A DNA stretch of 64,000 bases from Octopus vulgaris. Taxonomy: Eukaryota. The DNA is taken from assembly GCA_951406725.2 (NCBI GenBank), contig OX597823.1:19344001-19408000 (forward strand), given 5' to 3'. The translations under genes and the position numbers were made by a program. The number at the start of each line of letters is the position of its first letter. The stretch's first letter is position 1. A model generated the notes under the pieces. The model was not told the origin of the DNA. It saw only the letters and a list, made by a program, of their open reading frames with translations, and ran no database searches. This document shows positions 1-48,500 of this stretch, piece after piece.

Positions 1-399
1 GAGTATTAAAGTCAAACCTGAAGTCAGCAAAACTAACAGGAATATTACTGTATAGCTTGTTGACAAAACAAACAGATTAGCCATTAATAAGATTTATATT
101 TAGAGTTATTGTATTATTTGATGTGACAATGTGACCAGCCATGCAATGTTATAATCCCACAGGTGTTCTGTCTTCAATACAGAGAAACTTTTAAATGACG
201 GAGTTAATTACTGGGTTTTATTCTTTTATCATTTTACTTGTTTTAATTATTTGATGGCGACCAAACTGGGGCACCACCTTGAAGAGTATAAGCAATCAAA
301 GTGATCCTAGTACTGTGAGGCAAAGGGAGAGAGAGAGAGAGAGAGACATTAGGGTCCTGCACAAAACATATGCGTTATTTAGTTAGGGCCCTTTATACG

Positions 400-788
400 A
401 GATCAGCAAAGGCATCCTCCTCCTGCAGGACAACGCTCTGGTCCACAGATCAGAAGCACAGGCGTGCGGCTATGAACTCCTCCCCCATCCCCCCTACTCT
501 CCTGACCTTGCACCCTCTGATTTTCACCTCTTCCCAGCCATGAAGTTGTTTTTTGAAAGGAAAGCGTTTCCCAGATGATGCAGCCTTGATTTCTGAAGTC
601 ACGTCGTGGTTGGAGGACCAAGCTGGGGTCCTCTACAAAACGGTCTCCAGAGCTGCATCAAACGATGGGAGAAATGCGTAACTCAGGGTGGTTCCTATGT
701 AGAAAAAGACTAATAACTGTGCCAAGTTTCGTTGCTCTACTGCTATGGGAAGTGGGTCAGGGGCATTACTTATTGAACTCCCCTTGTA
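400..788 (+). mobile_element. Mariner transposon 3' relic
   Basis: Translates PYSPDLAPSDFHLFP (mariner YSPDL motif) from about 492; ends in TIR-like ttattgaactccccttgTA. Confidence 0.8.
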
Positions 789-1876
789 CTTGGAGTTCAA
801 ATACTGCCATGAAGTAAACTTTGCTTTTCATTCTTTTGAGGTAAATAAAATATAAATGTCAGTCATACAGTTGAGCTGATTAAATTTTCTTCTAACACAA
901 CTTATTCAACCAGGGCCGGCTCAAGGGACTAACAACTTGGGCAGTCGCCCATGGTGCCATGTGCCGAGGGGCACCAAGGCAGGCTTGACAAAGATAAGGA
1001 AATTTCCACGACCATCAGCTTGTACACGCCGAAGTTCAGCTTGCTTAGGGCTGGTCCTGTATACAACAAGAAAAACTAAGATTCTGAGGAGAAATGATTT
1101 CTTTCTTTCAGGTTGTATGATCATTTAATGGTTTCCTTGTTGTCTTGCAGTCTTCAATGTTCATATATGTAGCAGAAGCACTGTCCCGGATATATAAGTT
1201 GTACTCCAATAGGGACCGTACTTCAGTTTCATAGAATATTAGTAACTAATCAAGACTAAAATATTTTCTGGCCTTAATGCTGGAAGCTAGCCTTTGGGAC
1301 ACAGATTTGCCAATACTATACATGTACATGGGTGGGTCCAGCAAATTTTTTTTTTTAATCACTATCTTAATTTAAAAGAACTGTAGCAAAATCAATTTCT
1401 TTTATGGTATATTGTAGTCGACTTTTATAGGCTCCACACATTAATCTTTAATGATTGGTCATTTGACCCATCATGTGAGCTTGGAACATTTGGTTGAGTT
1501 CTGTACTTTGATTGGCCAAGTTTTGCACTGGATATGGATCTCAGATCCAATCATGTTGTGTGTAATACATTCGAAAATAACTAACCTGAACCATCACATG
1601 TATCTAATGACAGCCAAAGCTGAATTATCCAATTGATGGATGAACTATACAACCATCAGAATCAGTGATGTGTTTATTTGGTCCACTGTATAAATTAGCA
1701 GAGGAATAAAGTCTCACTGTTTTTTTTAAAGTTTGTTTCTTGTATCATTTCCATGAGTTAACACACAACACATGTTATATAATAGTATGCAAAATTCCAT
1801 AGTAAACCAAGAGAGATTTACAACTGCACAGCTAAAGAACCATGAAGAAATACTACTACTACTACTAATAATAATG

Positions 1877-2427
1877 CCCTGATGCAGTACCAGGCAGTGG
1901 CTCTTGTGGCTTCTGATCATAACTGATTGGAAGTGTTATGTACATTGTTTTGTCTTGTTATAAAAGATGGGCTACAGCAAATATTCTGCTCAATACCACA
2001 GATTTGCTTGTCATTTGTTTGACCATAGACAGTTGAGCATGTCCCTTAGTGGCTGACGATATGTGCATCTCTGATCACGAGCAGAAGTGGTGGGGGAGCA
2101 TCATAGTCATGTGTTGAGAGGAATTCTTTGGGGCTTGAATAATTCACCTCTGGAAACATGGGTGTTTTGTTCATCATCCTTTAACAAAACTTTATTCAAG
2201 GACCTTTTGAGCAGGATGGGCTATTTGACCAGAAGAAAATTCTAACTCGACCCCACCTGCAAGGTCATGCACTGTTTATATTGATATGAGATCACTATGT
2301 CGCACACACGTGATTGTGATGCATGTGGCTGGCGTACCCTTATCAGATGGGTAATCCTGATGGGTATACTGGGTTTTGTATATTTTACCCCAGTGTCACT
2401 TTGATGGCATGCACTGATCTCTCACTC

Positions 2428-2428
<1 letters not shown>
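1877..2428. mobile_element. Interspersed non-coding repeat embedded in (TAC)n/(TAA)n; partial second copy at 4362-4465
   Basis: Shared text gtgatgcatgtg...ccccagtgtcactttgatggcatgc in both places; microsatellite flanks. Confidence 0.6.
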
Positions 2429-2460
<32 letters not shown>

Positions 2461-3044
2461 TGTACTTCCCGTCGAAGACTTCGTATGAGTGTTCAGGCTT
2501 TGCCGAACAAATAATTTGTTTATAGGGATCAAATGGTCGTGGTGCACATTAGCTTACTTTTTCCATGAGATCAACGTTTTGAACTGGTGCACTGTGCACC
2601 ACGCATCAGGTATCGAAGTAATTGTAGAGCAATGTGAAATGAAGTGTTTTGTTCAAAAGTACAACACACCACCCAGTTTAGGAATTGAACTTACGATCTC
2701 ACACTTGTTAGTGCAACATCCTAACCACCAGGCCATGTGCCCTCAATGATAATAATAATAATGATGATTATAATAATAATAATAATGATAATAATAATTT
2801 TTATTTCTTTATTGTCCACAGGGGGATAAACATAGAGGAGACAAACAAGTACAGACAAAGGGATTAAGTCAATTATATTGCCTCCAGTGCGTAACTGGTA
2901 CTTATTTAATCGACCGACCCCGAAAGGATGAAAGGCAAAGTCGACTTCAGCGGAATTTGAACTCAGAACATAACGGCAGACGAAATACCGCTAAGCATTT
3001 TGCCCCGCGTGCTAATAATAATAATAATAATAATAATATTAAAT

Positions 3045-4145
3045 AACTACTGGCTCAAGTGATTAAGGTCAACACACGAGTGAATTGCATTGCAATTAGA
3101 CAACTACCTACAGATTAGTGCAGTTCCGGAATAGATTGTAGAGGGAAAAATAATATTGTTGAAAGATCGGTAAAAGGGCAATGTGATTGGCAATTACTAA
3201 CCCATTGTTTGTCTTAATGTCTTATAGAAAATATTAATAGGGCATCCTGGCAGGGAAAATATATACGTCCCTGGTGGAAAGCAATCTACTTCCAGTATAA
3301 CAAAAGGCGTGCCGAAAAGGATCCAAGGGCACTAAGGACCACCTTGTGATAGACAAGAAAAACTGCAAACGGTACTAAAGAAGAAAAAAAACTGGATAAA
3401 CTTTAAAACGGCTTACAACATGTGTGGAAGAGCTAAGAATGTGTGTGAACTGATTAAGAACAGCATGCCTAGTTGGAAAACACGTCATTTCTGTAACAAC
3501 CAGCACTTTGTCAAGGTAACAATCAAAAGAGGTATCTTCCAGGGAGATTCTTGTTCACCTTCATCATATTTGTCATAGTTCGATCCCACTTTCCGTAGTT
3601 CTACGCAAAGTCAACGTGCATTATGAGCTGAGAAAGAATGGACCTCGTCTCAACCATCTTCTCTTCATGGATGATTTAAAACTCTTCACAAAAAAACTGA
3701 GCCTGGAATAGAGAGGCTGGTTGAGACTGTGCAAATGTGCAGCAAGGATACAAGGATGGAATTCTGTATCCCAAAGTGTGTGGTACTCACTTTGAAACAG
3801 GGAGAAAGAGCAGATTTTAGGGACATAGAATTGCCAAGCGGAGAGCGAATGGAAGACCTGGACGATGATAGATACAAGTACCTTGGGGTTCAGGTGTTGG
3901 ACAATATCTTGTCCAGATAAATGAAAGACAAGATAACTACTGCATATTTGAAGTGCCTCAAACTTCTCTTGAACTCAAAACTCAACACAAGGAACCTTAT
4001 GACATATCAACATATGGGTTGCTGCTGTAATCCATTACAGTGCACCAATTCTGAAATGGACACAAGTGGAGATTAATCAACTCGATCGCACTACCCAAAA
4101 GACAATAACAATGCATAGTACCCTCCGTCCTAAGGCGAACATATA
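3045..4145 (+). pseudogene. Decayed non-LTR retrotransposon reverse transcriptase (R4/Dong-like clade)
   Basis: Frameshifted RT motifs GIFQGDS (~3531), NHLLFMDDLKLF (~3652), YKYLG (~3873). Confidence 0.85.
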
Positions 4146-5134
4146 AGGTAATCACTTGCCTTATAGTGGTTCACCTATCGTGCACTCTGTACATCGCAAA
4201 TTTTTCTGGCTAATATATGCAAATTTATATCGCGGACTCCTTGGTATATCACGGGTTTCTGCAGCCGATAGGTATTTCTAGTGTAACAGTAAATTGTACA
4301 TATGTCATGCAACATAATAACTTTGACTTGCACGGTTGCTCCCACAACCATGTTGTACACACATGGTTGTGATGCATGTGTCTGGTATATCCTTATCAGA
4401 CAGGTAGTAATGATGAGTAATGTACCCCAGTGTCACTTTGATGGCATGCTCTGCTTTCTCACTCTATAAAAACCCTATGGGCACAAGACCTGAAATTTTG
4501 GGGCAAGGATTACATCGACTCCAGCGTTTCACTGTTACTTTATTTATCGGTCCCGAAAAGATAAAAAGAAAAAATCGACTCCGGGGGCATTTGAACTCAG
4601 AACGGGAAATCAGACGAAATAGCGTTATGCATTTTGCCCGACGTGCTAACAATTCTGCAACGACGACGACGACGCAGAACTATGAAGAAATAATAGATCA
4701 GAGGGGATTTATTATTATCATAGTATAATACCAATCTTTTTTAATATAGGCACAATGCTTGAAACTTTGGAGGAGGGCTAAGTTGCTTTTATTGATCCCG
4801 ACAGTTGGCTGATACTTATTTTATCGACCCCAAAAGGATGAAAGGCAAAATCGACCTCGACGGGAACTGAACCCAGAACGTAAAGGCAGACGGAATACCG
4901 CTAATCATTTTGTCCAGAGTGCTGACGATTCTGCCAGCTCGCCAATAATAGTATCTAAGCAGGGGTTTAAATGTTTCCGTTCCTTGACAATAAATAAATG
5001 AATGAATCTCGAAGGGAAGTAACTCGCTGTAAGCCACTAGAATTATCTTTCCTTTGTTTTTACTCCCACACTGTCAGTTTAGTTCCTGACAAGCGCATGG
5101 GACAGAGGAACAGGTTATTGTTTTGGTTTTAACG

Positions 5135-41091
<35,957 letters not shown>

Positions 41092-41741
41092 ATGGTCTGT
41101 CTGCTAGTGACTAACTTGAGGTGGAAATGTTCTAAAATCTCACTTGCTGCATTATGGGGAATTCATCACAAAATATTTATGGGTAAAACAAACCTTTCAT
41201 GGACTTCATCCCAAAACATTCAGATATTTAATGTCTCAACCCTCATCTATCAGAATTTCTGTGTAAGGGAAAAGTAAAAGAAATATGCAGCTCAGCCCGA
41301 TGATAAATTCATATCTTGGATAAAAATTTTAAATTTAAATTTTTATGAAAAAAAATTGGGATTTTCTCTTTAAATTTTTCAGAAGTGGGTGTTTGACCCT
41401 TAATTTATTTATTTATATTTTTAATTACCTACTGATGAGAGAAAAGCAGTGCCCACGGCCCTTTACAGGGCCTCTGGAACTAGAGTGGAGGGACAGAGTG
41501 TATCTTCAAATCAGAGATCTGGTCTGAATGCTTGCTGTAGCATGGCCTCTGTTAAAGGCACCCGTGGACTAGGTGGTGATGTTAACTTGGACATCAGTCA
41601 TGTCTGTGACCTTGTATGTTCCTTCATCTAAACTTCATCATTATCACAAACCCTCTTTGGAGCCTTTATAGAAGTTTTTTTTTTTTTTTGAATGGTGACT
41701 TGGCAAAAATAATTTTGCACATTTACTTTTGTAAAAAGAAC

Positions 41742-41747
41742 AATAAA
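41742..41747 (+). promoter_or_regulatory. Candidate polyadenylation signal of the JmjC gene
   Basis: AATAAA about 650 nt after the stop, followed by T/GT-rich sequence. Confidence 0.45.
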
Positions 41748-41895
41748 CACATTAAAACTTCTTTCAAGTTTCCTTTTGCACCTGATACAATGTGTGTGTA
41801 CAGACATACACAGATATGTTTGTTTGTGCTTATATATATATGCATTATATATGTGTGTGTGTTTGTGTGTATGTATGTATATATATGTGTGTGTA

Positions 41896-41927
<32 letters not shown>

Positions 41928-42738
41928 CGAAAAATATGATGAATGAAAAAATTAAACTGAATTGCCTATTTAATGAGATGAGATAATGTTTGATTCTTTA
42001 GAAAATAAATAAAACCCTAACTTTAAATCAAATAAAATTTAATCATAATACTTAGATATAATATATAATCATATTTTATTATTTAGTATGACTAGAATAT
42101 ATCTACTTATTTATATATAATATAAGATAATATTTAATTAACTTCTAATTTCAGATATTTTAGTTTCTTAATAAAAATCTGTAGTATAATATTAAATGGT
42201 ATTATTCTAAACTTTTAAATCTTAATTTAGAAACTCAAGTTTAAGAATAATAATAGTATAATCAATATATATTAATTGTATTATAATTATATAAATAATA
42301 AAAAATTAGATTTTTACTAATTTTACTGACTTTTACTTATTTCAAAATATTTAAAAAATATTTTAAAATAATATGTTGAGTAATTTAGTTTACTTATTTA
42401 CTGACCTAGAAATTCATTATTTATCAAAGTTAACATAAAAATAAATTAAATTAACCAGAAAGAAAAATTTTTTTTAACTATTCCCATCATCCATTCACTT
42501 CTGGCTTCTTTTAAATGGTAATAAGAATTATCTCCCTTGCAAAGTAGCTCTCTGGTAGCCATGCTTAATTCATAGAGAGAAAATTATCATACAGGTAAGT
42601 TAACATTTCTTTTTCCTGCTTTTATTCCACATTTCTGTTCATTATTTACTAAAGTAAAATTATTCCAACAACTTCTAGTTATATAATTTTAGTTTGTCAT
42701 GTCTTAATATACAATGTAAATAGCAAAAAAAGTTCATA

Positions 42739-42843
42739 AGACATGAAGATTGGCAATATAATTGTTTTAATATTGTATTGTATTTAGAGACATTCCATTT
42801 CAGCAATATTGAGGAATATGTTGTCATGAAACATGCGTAGTCT
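42739..42843 (+). ncRNA. Degenerate type I hammerhead (C3 to A)
   Basis: agac-aTGAAGA-t-tggcaatata...tatgttgtca-t-GAAA-catgcg-TA-gtct. Confidence 0.65.
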
Positions 42844-43065
42844 AGATAATGTAAAGTATATGATTTGTAATAAGAATTGAAGGTATTAATTTTGATAATT
42901 TGGCATAAGAATTGTAGGTATTAATTTTAATATTTAGTCCTATATGTACACATTGTGGATAAAGTCATTCAATGATGATTGAGTTGCTTGAGGGTAATTC
43001 TGTCTCTTAAACCTATATATATATATAACCAAAAATTGTGAAGCATGACTGTCACCACCACTACA

Positions 43066-43110
43066 TGAACCTGAAGATTGCAGAATTTAATGCATGAAAG
43101 TACTAGTTCA
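43066..43110 (+). ncRNA. Minimal type I hammerhead ribozyme motif
   Basis: tgaac-CTGAAGA-t-tgca-gaatttaa-tgca-t-GAAA-gtac-TA-gttca: perfect 5-bp stem I, palindromic AGTACT stem III. Confidence 0.8.
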
Positions 43111-43269
43111 ATCAGAATGAACATTTAACATTCTACTATTTTATTTTATTCTATTATATTATATTATCTTATAATATATCATTATAAGATTGTAAATAAA
43201 ACGTGAAAATCAGACAAGGTTGGAATTCCTTTTATTAATATATTCTATACACAATCACACACACCCATA

Positions 43270-43308
<39 letters not shown>

Positions 43309-43430
43309 GTATATAATACAGTAATTCATTTTAGTACTACTAAATTGAACTTCTCTCTCCTGTGGACTCAGAAATAACTCCCCTAATATTAATATTAAAA
43401 ATATATATATATGTATAATCTGTATATATG

Positions 43431-43466
<36 letters not shown>

Positions 43467-44228
43467 AAACAATGATGATGATGATGATGTGTATGGATAT
43501 GTATGTATATAATATATATATATGGTGAGAAATTTACATCCTAACCACATGCTTCCACATTCATTGCTTGGCACTTTGGGCAAGTGTCAGCCTCAGGCTG
43601 ACCAATGCCTTATGAGATTTGGTAGAAGGATACTGAAAGAAGCCCTTAAAATTTTCACAGATTCATTCTACAAAACTGTTAAGTTGTATAGTATTGAGTC
43701 AAACTGTTATTCATTTTTACTCTAGGCACAAGGCCCAAAATTTTGGGGAAGGGGGCCAGTTGATTAGATTGACTCCAGTATGCAACTGGTACTTAATTTA
43801 TCGACCCCCAAAAGGATGAAAGGCAAAGTTGACCTTGGTGGAATTTGAACTCAGAGCATAAAGTCAGACGTAATACCGCTAAGCATTTCGCCCAGTGTGC
43901 TAATGTATCAGCCATCTCACCACCTTGATCTTGGGATATATTTATTTCTTTATTGCTCACAGAGGGGACAAATCAGGTCAGACAAAGGGATTAAGTTGAT
44001 TGCATCGACCCCAGTGCGTAACTGGTACTTATTTAATCGACCCTGAAAGGATGAAAAGCAAAGTCGACCTCAGTGGAATTTGAACTCAGAATGTAATAGC
44101 AGACAAAATACCGCTAAGCATTTCGCCCAGTTCGCTGCCTGTATCATACAATGAGCTTGCTGACTTCCCCAGTTTCTCCACTGTAGATCCTGTCATTTTA
44201 TATAGATCTTTACATACCTTGTACTTAA

Positions 44229-45522
44229 CCCTTTCGTTACCAACCCGGCCCAAACTGGCTCTGGCCCTCTAGTATTAATGTCTTGTTTTCATAAGTTTTT
44301 CATTAAAATCTTCCTCCAAACCTTAGTTGCAATTTATGTTCCTAACACTAGCTTAACCCTTTCGTTACCAAACCGCCCAAAGCCGCCCGAAAAAATTTTT
44401 GGTTAACGTGACCAAACTGCCCAAATTTACCTATTCATATTTAAATGAGAATATCAGAGCAAATCTCTTTAGTACATTCGTGAAAACACGTGATTATGCT
44501 TCGTAAACAGTTCATCTACAGTTTTGTACAAAAATCGATGTGTAATTTTAATTCCCTGAATTTTGGGAGATTTTTTTCCACATTTTTTTCGGCATCGATT
44601 TTTCTTCAACTTTGAAAATGGATAGGAGTTTCATGTTATCAAGCATTGGTTCCGAATTGGAAAATTTGTGAAACAAATACTGGGTACTGTTGTGGATTTA
44701 GTTTTTATACAGGGAAACTAATGTTAGTCAGCATGGCTTAGGGTATGATGTGGTCTGGAAGTTATTGTTTGAAGCGATCAATGCGGAAACAAACTTACGC
44801 AGAACGTAAACAAACACAAAATGGGGGTTCAAATTTCGGAAAATTTGTGAAGCAAATACTGGGTACTGCGTGGATTTAGTTTTTATACAGGGAAAATGTT
44901 AGTCAGCATGGCCTAGGGAGCGATGTGGTCTGGAATTTATCACTTCCATACCATAACCAGGGCCGTATATTATTTTTTGACCGATTTCTTTAGTTCCGTC
45001 AAACTTACGGTGGATTCCAATATTTCAGTTTATTCCACCTTTATGGTACACCTGTTGTGCATTAAATTCAACTGATGATATAGTGATGTGCACAATTCTT
45101 CTTTATCAAAATTTTGTTGCATACCCATTTGAATATTAGCTGATGATTCATTTTCTATGGTGATGTTTAAACAAAATTTTAATATTTTTACCTTTTGCTC
45201 AATTTACCTGGATTTACCTGTAATTAAAGTCACTTTGAGACAAAAGTTATGCAATAGAATTGATTAAGAACCCTTTCTTTAAATATGTTCCAAATATCAC
45301 ATTAATATGTTGATAAGTAAAAAAGTTAGTTATTTAATGAAACAAGCCTAGATTCATGATTATTTTAGAATTTAATTGAAACTCATGAGGGGTGTATTTT
45401 GGTCAGAAATATAGTAACGAAAGGGTTAATAATAAGTAAGTTATTTTACTAAATTCTTTATTATATTTAAAATAATTGAATGAAACACAGAGCATCTCAA
45501 AATAAATACAGTAACGAAAGGG
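44229..45522. mobile_element. Nested piggyBac-type elements: inner 44357-45425 (transposase relic) inserted into a TTAA of an outer MITE; an outer-type copy without the insert lies at about 61643-61843
   Basis: TTAA-flanked TIRs ccctttcgttac / gtaacgaaaggg at both levels; inner residues KICE.NTGYC, GYDVVW, LFFDRF. Confidence 0.85.
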
Positions 45523-48500
45523 TTAAACTCTTAATATCCTCCTTTCAGTAGCAGCAAGCCACAGAACCCTGTTTCTTGTGAGTACATGACAGAAAAGGCA
45601 CCCAACCATAGAAAATCTGCCTCAATAAATTGTCTAACCCATGCAAGCATGGACAAGTGGACATTAAAATGATAAAGCAGAATCCATACAGAATATGAAT
45701 GGCTGACATTTTGGCTGGAGTTTGATGTCTCATAGAATAAGGCATCCACATTCTTCACAATGTTTGAGTCTAAAGTGGAAGTGCCGTGCTCATTGTTACA
45801 CTTGATATTCAAACTATCGAAAATGTGGCCAGGAAGGAGGTTAAGAAAAAATGGTCATCTTTTATACATTCACAATGTTGACAATTACAAAGACATAAAT
45901 AATAATAAAACAAAAAGTTTTGTAATTAGATTTTATGATTTTCTTTCTTTATTGACAATCTCAAAAAAAAAAAAAAAATATATATATATTATATATATAA
46001 TCAAGCAATAACTATTTACAAACAATAAATAACAAGTATAAAATTTAATTTAATGTGAGCTTGTTGGTAGGTCCATGACACGACCGATCCTATTTTTTTT
46101 TTTTTTTTGTTTAAATCACAAGGATTGTATCATATGACCAGAATATCTCAATCTATACACTTGGTATGGCTTGGAATATTCCACAAAGAGAAGAAACACT
46201 GACATGAAACTCTATATTATATATATACACACTCACATATGTATACACACACACAAACATATATATACATTCATATACCCATACACAATTGTTTTTTTTT
46301 TTTTACCGTTTAAAAAATTTTTTATTCTACGGAAAGATTTTCAAAATACATCTGAATTGTTTTTGGCAAAAGAAGGGATTACTATTCGAGTCAAAATCCC
46401 AATTTTATTTCATAAAAGAAATTCTGTGTTGCTAAGGGGATAGAATTGGACAGCTTACAATGTCTGTGGGGTGAAGGTCGTGGGTTATGGACCACACACA
46501 CAGTTCTAACATTCACATCTTAATTACTAGTCATGTTTTGCCTCCTGAGCAAGACCCATACCTCTGCTTGCTCCAGTATCCTCCTTGATTGGTTAGAGCA
46601 ATCATGCACAAACTGTGACCCATGGCACGCCAAGAAAAAAATTACCGTGAATTTTTTTTTAGCAGTGCAACCTGCCTGATGCTGAGTCATGTCTCATGTA
46701 GCCTGTTTCTTGAAGAAGGTTGTCCATGACTGGTTTAGAGAAACAGAAAAAAACCCCCACTCTTTACTTCATAGATGAGGAGTAGTTAGGAATATGAAAG
46801 GAAAGTAGAATCATCCAGCTGTGAAAAAAAACCCAAAACAAAACAGAACACTTGCTCCAACAAGTAAACAATTTCAGCTGTGTAAATAAAAAATAAAAAA
46901 ACCCCAACAAGTGTATTAAGAAAACACTTGAGACCTTCACACATGTGAGAAGAATGCTAATATGAAAGATAAATGATTTGGACAAATCCCTTCCTTGGCT
47001 GCTGCTGCTGTGCTGAGGGAATTCAGATGGTGTTGCCTTGTCTCAGGAAAAGACAAAGTACTGCAGGTGATTTTACAGTCAGTTGGTAGGTTCCAAAAAG
47101 ACAATTTACCAAATGGGTAAGGTGGGGACCTCAGAGTACTGTGTGTACATTGGTGCAGATACCATGACCAAATGGTATAAAAGTTCACTTCCCAATTGTA
47201 GCAGTCAATGGTTCAATTTAGACATTTCATGCTGAATTTAGGGAGATGGAACCAGCATAGCAGCTATCAGATGAACTCTACTTGTAATTTGAGGGCTTCC
47301 ACCAATAACCTACTGTGTAACGATGATTCTACTTGAGGAGCTGTGGAATATGCAGCCATTTACACCAATTGGACAATAACAGATACACTGGCAGAAGAGA
47401 CAAACACAGGACATCAATAAGTTTTATGATTTACACTTTGGAGTTCATTTTCCAGAAGGAATTTCTCAGATGATAGAATTTTACATTTGAAAAGATTAAT
47501 TTTTGACTGGATATGCATCAAAGAGACCGAACTTAAGCAATCTTTTGAATCGTGTAAATGAAGCTATGGAGCCTATGGGGCTTTGTGAAAGACAAGTTAG
47601 CAATGATCTAGAAAAATGGAAAATGGGATTTAGTGAAGCTGTTGACTTTGCTATGAATAGGGACCAATAGCTAGTGTTGAGTGTACATCTCTTATGGTGT
47701 GGACAACAGCTTTCGGAAATGGAAAATATCAAAGTTTTTTTTTTTTTTTTTGAAAAAAAAAAGGGGGTAGAAATTTTAACTTCTGCTTGTGGTACAAAAA
47801 CTAGAAATGATTACTGGCTTTAAGGATCATTGTGATTAGGACAGAATTTGCTTAATCCCTGAAATTTTAGAGTCTGATACACCGGTTAGTCATTCAAATG
47901 AGTTAAATCTGACTGTTATAAAAAGCAGTGCTATTTGAACCAGACAAAACAAGATCGGGTGACATGTTACTTTTGGTAGCAGGAAAACCCCTTCCAAATC
48001 AAACAAGATTATGCTTTAAGTTTCATAATTTCCATACAAACTTAGGTAAGACATTCATGGCCAAGATCAGCTAGTATGTAACTTGATGTGGGTTGGATTT
48101 ACAGTACACAAATGACATGGAAAGTTAGACTTCTCCCCAATAGTGACTGCTCTGTCGTGTTCAGCTAGGATAGGAGTGTGTGTGTAAAAAGAGGGATCTC
48201 TATCATTATATTACAGTGGCAGTTCCCATAACCAAGTGGATTAAAGAGACAGAATTGAAGACATTTGTCCTAAAGTAGTGTAACTGTTGTAGTTTGTGCA
48301 ACACATTTTCATAGTTTATCAAATGACTTTTATCACAAATAGGGACAACACATTCCATGTGCATTTTTGCCATGTGTGTCACATCTATTTGCCTACAAAT
48401 ATAGGAGACACCTCCTTGTAAAATGTCCTCTATTGCAAAATAGCAGTTGATTCATATATACAATTCAACCATGTCCCTTCTTGTTAGGGGTGGTAGCATA

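Noticed and set aside
42585-42620. Strong donor-like CAGGTAAGT, possibly a DIRS-type terminus
   Set aside because: No matching upstream exon or element body is recognisable.
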